Shown one piece after another: positions 11,025 through 20,969 of a DNA stretch of 46,876 nucleotides. A program made the position numbers and the translations under genes. The stretch lies in the NCBI RefSeq assembly GCF_001194135.2, contig NC_068983.1, positions 75,414,856 to 75,461,731 of the forward strand, in the 5' to 3' direction. The notes beneath the pieces are model-generated. The model saw nothing but the letters and a program-made list of their open reading frames with translations, did not search any database and was not told the origin of the DNA. Origin of the DNA: Octopus bimaculoides (lineage: Eukaryota). Numbering within the stretch: position 1 is the first letter of the stretch; each line of letters starts with the position of its first letter.

Positions 11025-11300
11025 GAGTATATGCATATATACGTACAGGTATGTGCATACCTACGTCTACCTGTATATATAGGTGCATATCTGGGTACAG
11101 GACATTACAAACATAACGTAGACAAGAAAATAATAACCAGAGTACAGAAAACACACAAGCCACATAGAGAACATTTTCCTTCTTCAGCTACCCCCATTTT
11201 AACATCGGCGTTTCGAAGAGTTGGGCAGGACGCATCGTTAAAATGGCTCTTCCCATGGACCGCAAATTAAATTTGTATACACAAATTAAACCTGTGCCAT
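11025..11300 (-). mobile_element. Repeat family B with a permuted hammerhead-like core
   Basis: Homologous to 40560-40780 and 10780-10960. It contains the GCGTC-CTGCCC, CTCTTC-GAAA-CGC and GGGTAG-CTGAAGA-AGG motifs. The right-hand boundary is uncertain. Confidence 0.55.
11177..11233 (-). ncRNA. Candidate non-circularly permuted hammerhead ribozyme
   Basis: All conserved core positions are present and stems I (6 bp), II (3 bp) and III (4 bp) can pair, but the strand order is cleavage strand, GAAA strand, CUGANGA strand. Confidence 0.45.
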
Positions 11301-11666
11301 GGAGGAATGTAGTGGCGGACAAAAAACAAGACAGGAAAACAAACGGAAAAGGCGATGCGGCTAGATGTGAAAAATTATGTGTATATGAATGCTGTGAGGC
11401 ACGAACTGAAAGCAGGGACGAAGTAAGTTCGCGTGTTTGCTCGGCAATAGCCAAGGAAGAAAAAGATTAGTGACCGGAAGCATGTGACCGGAAGCATGTG
11501 ACCAGGGAGGGGTAAGGAAGAGAGAGAGTGGTAAAGGGAGAAACAAGGGGAGGAAGTAGAAGAATAGGTGAGGAAAGAGAGGAGGAGAGAAATATAGTAG
11601 TGACAGAAGGAAGAGCGAGAGGGGAAAGAGAGATATATAAATGCATGCACGCGCGGGCGCGCGTGT

Positions 11667-11815
11667 TTAAACAGTACCAAAAGATTCAATTCTATGACAA
11701 AAAAGCTCATTACAAACAAGACCTCATGAGCAGACAACTGGCAAAGAATTATTTCTGAGGTCTTGTCTGTAATAAGCTTTTTTGTCATAGAATTGAATCT
11801 TTTGGTACTGTTTAA
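11667..11815. mobile_element. 149-bp near-perfect inverted repeat (MITE-like/hairpin)
   Basis: 60-bp arms at 11667-11726 and 11756-11815 with 2 mismatches, a 29-nt spacer, and TTAA at both ends. Confidence 0.7.
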
Positions 11816-12439
11816 GGCTATCTCTACATTGTGTAAGTCATCTTTTATTTAACACAGCAGTGTGAATCAAAAATGATATGGTTGTTTTTTCTAGCAGGAC
11901 GGGCAATCACAGGCAGTGAAACTTCCAATTCACTGACTAGTTCGCTCGCTACTTGGTTATACAATGACGATCGTTCACTGAACATAACTTCCAAAGGAAA
12001 TAAATACGACCACTAACCGAATACGCTCGCAATGTAAATACTTTAAAAACTTCGAGTTTTTTTTTTTTTTTCTTTAGCTCACTATAAATATGAGACACTA
12101 TTATATTTTGTAATATCTCATGCTGACAGCTTTCTCGCGATATTGATCAGATGTAAGGGGAATAACTCTTATTAAGAAGAGTTATCAACCCTATATTGAT
12201 CCCCCTTATTTGATCTGTTGAATTGTATGAGAAATTTTAACTATCTTCGTATTGTATACATATGTAATATAAGATATCATATACGAATAAATTAACCCAG
12301 ATAAATAGCAACAATTATAATATCCATATCGTACTTTGTATTTGACCAAGGCGTTGTCCGTATTGTTTGGTGCTTTCAAATTTTTTACGTCTAAAGAAAG
12401 AATTTTGTTTACTGACAATTTCAGTTGGTTATAAGATAT

Positions 12440-12475
<36 letters not shown>

Positions 12476-13236
12476 GAGGAAAATTAGTAAGCTGAACTTT
12501 GAATTAATTATCTGTGATGAATAGAGTCCAAGAGATTTTTTAAAAAGTGGTTAAGTCAGGCAGGAAAATGGTAGACCTTATAGTTAAAATAACTTAATAA
12601 ACGATTTCTCCCACATACATGTATGTATGTCTGTATGTATGTGCACATATGCATATAGGTATGTATATGCATATAATTATACACACACACACACACACAC
12701 GAACATACGTATACATACATATGCAGATACATATACTTGTGTAAATACAAATATTCACACAAACACATGTACACATGTACATATGCAAACATGTGTATGT
12801 ACACACTGACATTGTAGATAATATTTTTCTTAACAAGAGAAAATTTCAACAGTCATAAAACTAAAGAAGTTATTAGAAAAAGATGATAAATGGAAAAGAC
12901 CCCCCCCCCCCAAACCGCCTAAAATGTTAGTAAAATAAAAAATAAAAAGAAACCTAATATTTAATGGTTGGAACCAATAATAAAGTATGAGAGCATCAAC
13001 AGCTGAATCAGTATGGAAATATGGCTGACAAGATAATGGCTTAGACTTTCTGAAGAATTATGGAAAAAGATCTAAAATTAGTTTTTATTATACTATATCA
13101 TTGATATAATGTGTATATAATACACATATAATATTTATATATATAATATACATATAATGTTTTTATATATATATATATATATATATACAGGGTGTTTGAT
13201 GATTTTTATNNNNNNNNNNATATATATATATATATA

Positions 13237-13987
13237 CAGGGTGTTTGATGATTTTTATGTCTCCTCTTTTCAGAAACTGCTTGATGTATTTGTGAACAGT
13301 CAATAGTCAATGGCATTGGAAAGCATAAAGATTAAAGTCATAGTTGAGAAGAAGTTATCTGAAGTGGAGGACTGGAAGCCATCTGAATATTGGAAAAAAG
13401 TTTTCTGTATCATGATTATTTGTACTGGGTGTCAAAATGCCAACATCACGAATGTTGTTCAATACTCCATGAACATGGTAAAGGCTGCAAGATATGACAG
13501 GGACAACTGCAACAGAAAGTACGAAGTTGTCAACAGGAAGATGAAGATCTTTAGGTGTGTCTCCAGTGAAGGTGATATCGTGCTGTTCCACATCTTTGAG
13601 CAGCATGACATCAAAGCTGCTGGAGACTGTGGTCAGACACTGGCTGGAGAGGGTTGCTGCTGGAAGGTCATATGTGTTGGACCAGGATTTGGCTCCAAGC
13701 CATACCTCTGGAAAGAGTCAAAGTGACTGTCAGAGAATGTCTATGACTTCTCCAGCCTCCTAATTTCTGTCCTCCTTATTTGCCCCTGATTGTAACCCCA
13801 TGGATTATTATGTGCATGGCTCAGTTGAGAAAGACACCAACCACCTTGCTTGCAAAACCAAGGCTGAGCTGGTGGTCAAGATGAAGAAGGAGTTCAAAGA
13901 TCTTCCCAGGGATGCAGTGAGGAACACATGTGCCAGATCCTAATGCTGTCTTGAGACCATGGTGGAAGCTGAGGCAGCGACTTTGAG
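13237..13987 (+). mobile_element. Degenerate Tc1/mariner (IS630-Tc1-mariner, DDE_3-type) transposon
   Basis: TA-CAGGGTGTTT 5' end. Frameshifted transposase pieces LLETVVRHWLERVAAGRSYVLDQDLAPSHTSGKSQ and PDCNPMDYYVHGSVEKDTN...KTKAELVVKMKKEFKDLPRDAVRNTCAR match the QQDxAPxH and SPDLNPxDY motifs. No 3' TIR is visible. Confidence 0.85.
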
Positions 13988-14018
<31 letters not shown>

Positions 14019-14024
14019 CTGTGA

Positions 14025-14320
14025 AAGTGCATGGCTTAGTGGTTAAGTGTTGCAGTCACAATTGTGAGATCGTGGGTTCGATTCCCAGACGGGGCATTGC
14101 ATTGTGTTCTTGAGTAAACCATTTCATTTCACATTACCCTGTGATCATTTTGTCTTCTGATGTGGCACACGGTGCACCTGTACATGTAATGTCGATTTGA
14201 TGGAGAGAGTAAGCTTATATGTACACAAATATTTGATCACGATAAACAAATCATCAGTGTGATGATTGTTTGGCAAGAAATTGCCGAGCCCTTGCACATT
14301 GTCTAACGATGGACAGTTCA
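14025..14320 (+). mobile_element. tRNA-derived SINE (degenerate)
   Basis: tggcttagtggttaagtgttgcagtcacaattgtgagatcgtgggttcgattcccagac head. Related copies lie at ~28815-29060 and ~34360-34685. Confidence 0.65.
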
Positions 14321-14349
14321 TTATTATTATAATTATATATATATATATC

Positions 14350-14888
14350 CAGGTTGTCATCGACTTACAACCTATTTTATCCCTGATTATGACTTATGAC
14401 TGATTATGACTTATGTCTGATTATGACTTATGACTGATTATGACTTATGACTGATTGACTTATGACTGATTGACTTTACGATGATTGGCATGCCAGCTCC
14501 TGGCAGCAATAATAAATAGTCCAGTTGAAATCTAATGGGTTTAATTTCTTAGAAATTAACCTGTCTAAAGATGTCATCAGCTAACAAATGACATTGAAGA
14601 TCCACAGCCAAGCACAAGTCTACAATAAATTTTTATGTAAGTTTTGCAATTGTTTCTTACACTACATTGTGTATTTCTTGTATTTGCATTCTTTGGTACT
14701 TTTCTATGAACAAATAACACTGTTTTTGTGTAATACAGAATGCTGTGTGTGACTTTTACCTGAGAATGTACTGTAAGAATGTAAAAATATAAAACAAAGT
14801 TATGTAGGCCTATAGGCTGACTTATGACCAAATCAACTTACAACCAGTCAGTTGGAACCAACTGTGGTCGTAAGTTGATGACAACCTG
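14350..14888. mobile_element. Tigger/pogo-type MITE with an internal 17-bp tandem array
   Basis: 23-bp TIRs CAGGTTGTCATC(G/A)ACTTAC(A/G)ACC at 14350-14372 and 14866-14888. TGATTATGACTTATGAC is repeated about 5 times at ~14384-14475. The TA TSD is not preserved. Confidence 0.75.
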
Positions 14889-14894
14889 TGTGGT

Positions 14895-15045
14895 TGGTAT
14901 TAGGAAGGGCATCCAGCTGTAGAAACTCTGCCAAATCAGATTGGAGCCTGGTGTAGCCTTCTGGTTCACCAGTCCTCAGTTAAATCGTCCAACCCATGCT
15001 AGCATGGAAAGCGGACGTTAAATGATGATGATGATGATGATGATA
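14895..15045 (+). mobile_element. RTE-type LINE 3' tail
   Basis: ttggtattaggaagggcatccagctgtagaaac...gcggacgttaaatgatgatg. Confidence 0.8.
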
Positions 15046-15528
15046 ATGTATATATTATGTGACATTGTTAGTGTGTATGTGCATGTTTGTGTGTGTGTGT
15101 GTGTTTATCGACCCTGAAAGGATGAAAAGTGAAGTTGACTCCAGTGGCATTTAAACTCAGAGTATGAAGTCGGAAGAAATGGCGCTAAACATTTTGTTCA
15201 GCACAGAAATGATTCTGCAGGTCACTGCCTTCAAGACTTATTAAATATACTAGCTGGTCCCGTGCCATAAAAAATGACAGCTAATTGTTGTATTTTATAT
15301 ATAAATATGGATGGTAAGTCAAATTAATACACTTGTCAATGTTATCTAATGGTTGTCTTTTGAGATGTGACATTGATCATGGTTTTTTACTGAAAGAATG
15401 CTGGTTCACACAAACATTCACACACTTCCCTTGTACACGCACACACATACACACATATACTCACACAGAGTTGAAATGCTGTTTGATTTTTCTTTTCAGC
15501 ATTGAATGTTCACTGTCCCACTTCCATT

Positions 15529-15584
<56 letters not shown>

Positions 15585-16395
15585 ACATACCTCTCTTTTA
15601 CATACACACACATATACTCACACAGAGTTGAAACGCTTCCACTACCAGTTTGCCATCACCCTTTCCTTTCTCATTCATATGTTGTGACAGAGAAAAACAG
15701 AAGAGTACTATTATAGAAGAAGATTGGTTTCAAATTTTGACACAAAGCCAGCAATTTTATGGGAAGGGTAAGTCAATTACATTGACCCCAGTGTTCAACT
15801 GGTACTTATTTTATTGATCCTGAAAGGATGACAGGCAAAGTTGGCCTTGATGGAATTTGGACTCAGAATGTAAAGACGAATGAAATTCCACTAAGACTCA
15901 TTGAATATATTAAAATATATTTTACACAGTGCAAGCATTATCTTATATGGAAATCAATATGTTGGGCAGAGTGGATAGATATGTTTATTATATTAAAGTT
16001 TGTTGTTTCAGTTGAAGTTTCATAAGCCCACTCTGGGGCAAACCTCAGAGCAGACTCTTAATCTTTGATATAGACACAGACAGACAGACACACAAACATG
16101 CACGCACACACACACACTCTCTCTCTTTCTCTTTCTCTCACACACACTCTCTCTCTCACACACACAAATGCTTACACATACAAATCTATAAATACAAAAA
16201 CACATGCAACATCCTACATATATACATACGTTTACATGTCTGTGTGTGTATAAATAAAAATATATATATATATATATAATACTCATGCACACACACATAT
16301 GCACATTCATGTGCATCTAAATTTAAACACACATGCATAATGTAAAACAATGTATAAATAAAGAATGGTATTGTTGGAAATGTATCCACACCTTG

Positions 16396-16805
16396 GCCAA
16401 AGGAGGGGGCCAGTTGATTAGATTGACCCCAGTATGCAGCTGGTACTTAATTTATCAACCCCGAAGGGATGAAAAGCAAAGTTGACCTCGGCGGAATTTG
16501 AACTCAGAATGTAAAGACATGAAATACTGCTAAGCATTTTGTCCAGCATGCTAACAAAATGCCTGCTTGCCGCCAAGGAGTAAATAAATAACCCTTTCTA
16601 CTATAGGCACAAGGCCTGAAATTTGGAGGAAGAGGATAGTCAATTACATCGACCCCAGTGTGTAACTGGTACTTAATTTATCGACCCTGAAAGGATGAAA
16701 GGCAAAGTCGACCTCGGCGGAATTTGGACTCAGAATATAAAAACAGACGAAATACTGCTTAGCATTTCGCCTGGCATGCTAATGATTCTGCCAGCTCACT
16801 GCCTT
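16396..16805 (-). mobile_element. Two adjacent tRNA-derived SINEs, family S4
   Basis: Each contains gaccccagt...tggtacttaatttatc...gaaaggatgaaaggcaaagtcgacctcggcggaatttg. The reverse complement is a tRNA-like head, as at 46021-46116. Further copies lie at ~15103-15232 and ~15722-15897. Confidence 0.8.
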
Positions 16806-17599
16806 CTTAGAGTAAATAAATAATGTCAACACAATTACCTCGTTTAACTGTTTGACTGTTTTTTCAAGGTCCCACCGTTCTTTCTGAATCAACTGGTGTT
16901 CTTGGATAACTAAAGAGGTGTTACTCTCTAGTAAGTTAAGTTTTTCCATTTTCTCTTCATAAGATGCTTTTAAAGTACACAGCTCTCCAGAAAGGTCTTC
17001 ACAAACCTGTAAAAATGTGTAAATAAAATGAAAATATAAATCTATGAATCGTGATGAAGAACATGCTTTGAATGACTTAGTATATTTGTTTATTTATTTT
17101 TTTTTTTTGGTATTTTGCTCATTTACAGCCATTTTTCTATGATAAATTAGATGGAATAGGATTTTGTTGACGTAATTGTCAATACAGTTTGTTATTCTTT
17201 CTATCATTTGTGAAATAATTATGGTGTAGGAGTGGAATGTTGTCAGTTAAGTAAAATTGACACATGCAGAGTTTATGTGGAGATGAATAACGCAACAAAT
17301 GCTTTAAGCTTATATGATAAATTCTAAATTTATGTCATAATTTTAAAATTCAAAGAGCAATTCCCATCAGACTGGTGATTACCATTTTTTTTTCCACATC
17401 AAATCTTTCCACTTTACAAGTTCCACACATTATCGAATATCTTTTGTGTTATTTCTCAAATTCTCCAAATAACAAGGGAAATCTAATATTGAGTAAACCA
17501 GCAAGTGACTCATGGCTAGGATTGTCCCACAGTCATAGAAAGGGAATTTCACATAACATCTCTATTTTCTTTTACTATCACTGGTTAGGGATTACAGCA

Positions 17600-17860
17600 C
17601 AAGTATCCTTGTCACCCCCGCAATGGGATGGAGCAAGAGGAAGAGAAACTGAAACTTGCCACTGAAAAAAAAACGCACTTGAAAAGAGGAAAACTCAGTA
17701 GTGCTGGTAGAGAGTATCTTCAAATGCAGTCACTGCATGCAAGACTGCCACTCCCATGTGGGCCTGTACAGCCTCAGCAGATGCTGCCATCAGCAGCTGA
17801 CACAAAATTCTCCAGGCACAGACCTATGGTCTTTTGAAACCGACAGTTGCATATCCCATA
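17600..17860 (+). mobile_element. RTE-clade LINE ORF2 C-terminal remnant
   Basis: FKCSHCMQDCHSHVGLYSLSRCC, preceded by a K/R-rich stretch, matches the CxxCxxxCxSxIGLxSHxxxC C-terminus of RTE elements. Frameshifted. Confidence 0.7.
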
Positions 17861-17922
17861 TCATCCTTGTCGAAATTTCAGAAATTTCCTGCAAATTGTA
17901 CCAACATTATTTTCAAATCATA

Positions 17923-18084
17923 GGTGCAGGAGTGGCTGTGTGGTAAGTAGCTTGTTTACCAACCACATGGTTCCGGGTTCAGTCCCACTGCGTGGCACCT
18001 TGGGCAAGTGTCTTCTACTATAGCCTTGGGCTGACCAAAGCCTTGTAAGTGGATTTGGTAGACGGAAACTGAAAGAAGCCCGTC

Positions 18085-18128
<44 letters not shown>

Positions 18129-18212
18129 TTGTGTGTCTGNNNNNNNNNNNNNNNNNNNNNNNNNNNNNNNNNNNNNNNNNNNNNNNNNNNNNNNNNNNNN
18201 NNNAGAAGCCCG

Positions 18213-18258
<46 letters not shown>

Positions 18259-18480
18259 TTGTGTGTCTGTGTTTGTCCCCCCAACATCGCTTGACAACCG
18301 ATGGTGGTGTGTTTACGTCCCCGTAACTTGGCAGTTTGGAAAAAAGAGACCGATAGAATAAGTACTAGGCTTACAAAGAATAAGTCCTGGGGTCGATTTG
18401 CTTGACTAAAAGGCGGTGCTCCAGCATGGCCACAGTCAAATGACTGAAGCAAGTAAAAGAGTAAACGAGTAAAGAGTAAA
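17923..18480 (+). mobile_element. Full-length SINE, family S2 (middle duplicated across an N gap)
   Basis: ggtgcaggagtggctgtgtggtaag...ccgggttcagtccc head, internal (TA)n/(TG)n, and a 3' (GAGTAAA)-like tail. Possible TSD TTTCAAAT. Confidence 0.85.
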
Positions 18481-19642
18481 TCTTTCAAATAAATTGGTGA
18501 TAATGAGATCAAAGTGGTTGATATTCAGTGTTATGCCTTTGTAAGTCAATGTTTGCAGCAAAAATATTCTGAATGAGAAAAGGGTTCCAGAGTATTGCAG
18601 ATGTTGTTGAAATGGATTAGACAAAGCTTTTAGTGTAGAAGGATGCTGGATTCAGAAAAAATGGTGAACCTATGCAGCTAATTATTTCAAAGAAGTGTGT
18701 TAGAGAGCAAATTTTTTGCTAATTACTTGAATAGATTTCCTTTGGTTGTGGATTATGTGGGTGTAACAGATATTTATGTATGTGTAACAAAAGAACCATC
18801 CAAAATATGTGAAAGATACTGTGATATGGGTCTTAGATGAGCTCTGTGGAGAGTGAACAGCTGGTCAATGCTCAAATACTTTTGAGCTCTAAAGAGCAAA
18901 TATATTTTTAGTGAGACAGTTTTAGCAATGTTATATATGTGTTGTTGGTCATGATAAGAAAATTATAAAATTATAAAACTTTGCAGTTGTATTATTGCTA
19001 CAGACAAGGAGAAGTCAGGGTTGGTAGCTTTTTACCTTGTAGATGTTACATCTACAATGTACAGAATCACAAATATGCAGTTTAAAACATTCTGACTATA
19101 TAATGTATTCCAGTTTTTAGAAACTATGTTTACCATGTGTTATCCTGTGTGTATTGCAGTTTTTAGAATAAATATATGATATTCTTGTAAGAAATGACAG
19201 AAGTGCTTGGCATCTGGAAGAACATCTGATTGTAAAACTGTCTCAAAAAGTTTGTGCCATCCAGCACATGCTAACATGGAAGGGCAGATATAAAATGCTG
19301 ATGACAATGAGGATCATAATGATGATGATGACAACAAAAACAATAACGACAGTGACGATGATAATGATGGTAACAACGATGATGATGATGATGATGATGA
19401 TAAAAGTACCCTTTAAAATGAATCAAGTCCTACCAGGAGTAATAGTCTGGCTGTATATGTATCCAAGCTGGAGCAACTTAGATATTTTCAGTTGTATGCT
19501 GCTTGTGACTTGAGAGTGTGAAGTGTGAGACTCTTTCCTTGATGTATCTTCATATTGTTAAATGTAATCACATGGTCATTTAACTACTGAAAGGTCCCCA
19601 TTTCATGGAAACAGTGCAAGTTTAGTGTGAAAGTGTTTAGTT

Positions 19643-19882
19643 TATGTATTTCTTATTTCTTTATTGCCCACAAGGGGCTACACATAGAGGGGACAAACAA
19701 AAGACAGACAAAGGGATTAAGTTGATTACATCAACCCCAGTGCGTAACTGGTATTTAATTTATCGACCCCGAAAGGATAAAAGGCAAAGTCGACCTCGGC
19801 AGAATTTGAACTCAGAACGTAATGGCAGATGAAATATCGCTAAGTATTTTGCCCAGCGTGCTAACGTTTCTGCCAGCTTGCT
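19643..19882 (-). mobile_element. tRNA-derived SINE, family S4
   Basis: Same core as 16594-16805, with a ttgcccacaaggggctacacatagaggggacaaac tail shared with ~2720-2790. Confidence 0.8.
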
Positions 19883-20578
19883 GTTTGGTTTATGTATTTC
19901 TGCTGTGTGAGTGTCTATGTGTGTGTGAGGAAGTTTAATTAAGGGTAAAGGGTGGAATCATCTAGACTGGAATGTTTGTTATTAACAACAGCAAGTGGGC
20001 CAGATCATTAAAGAACAAGTATGAAGAATGTGGGAGATATAACTGGTACCTTGTGCCAAAATCAAAAGAAAAAAAAATTTCATAATTTAAGGCTGAATAA
20101 TTAACAATAAAAGTAGAACACTAAATCATATTCATGATAATTGCTCTCATATTCGTATTACCTGGAATCAAATTCTATCACAAATAACTTCAATTTCTGT
20201 TCCTTTACATGTCAATGAATTAGACATTAGTTGTTGATGCTGTTATTACTTATTTTCAGGTTAGCTCTTATCAGTCATATTTTGGAATATATAGGGCTAC
20301 AATATCTAGTGTGTCTTATTTAACACAGGAAAATGTAATTTGTGCAAAATTTGGCTGCTATTTCAAGCAAGGGTAGCAGCCAATTACTTCTCTTGCTAGA
20401 AATAGCAGCTAATTAGAGGCTCTCTTGTGAATAAATACTAGTAATATTTTTGAGTTGATTCAGTTGTAAAGTTAAATTATATTGACACTGGGAACAAGTT
20501 CATGTCACAAGACTAAAAGTTAAATAGCATAGTGTCACTTAATGTACTGCAAGGTGATATAAACATACCAGATTAATA

Positions 20579-20969
20579 ATTCTTTCTAATGAGCATAAGG
20601 CCTGAAATTTGTAGGAAGGAGCTAGTTGATTATATTGACCCCAGTACTCAGCTGGTATTATTTTATCAACCCTGAAAGAGATGAAAGGCAAAATTGTCCT
20701 TGGTGGAATTTGAATTCAGAACATAAAACCAGATGAAATGCCAACATCTCATTTTGGTTTCAAATTTTGGCGTGAGGTCAGTAATTTCGGGGGTGGGTGC
20801 AAGTTGATGACATTGTCCCCAGTACTTAACTGGTACTTATTTTATTGACCCTGAAAGGACAAAAGGCAAAGTCAACATTGGTGGAATTTGAACTTAGAAA
20901 ATAAAGACAGACAAAAGACTGCTAAGCATTTTGCTTGGCGTACTAATAATTCAGCCAGTTCGCCACCTT
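20579..20969 (-). mobile_element. Two adjacent S4 SINEs
   Basis: Two consecutive degenerate copies of the S4 core. Confidence 0.7.

Noticed and set aside
12150-12172. GTAAGGGGAATAAC resembling U12 snRNA
   Set aside because: The match is too short, with no U12 5' end, Sm site or downstream stems.
13188-13260. Duplicated transposon 5' end across a 10-N gap; similar duplication at 18075-18262
   Set aside because: Typical overlap artefact of contig ends at microsatellites.
14384-14475. Short direct-repeat arrays (also 530-660) as CRISPR-like
   Set aside because: The units are contiguous and degenerate with no unique spacers, the context is eukaryotic, and there are no cas genes.
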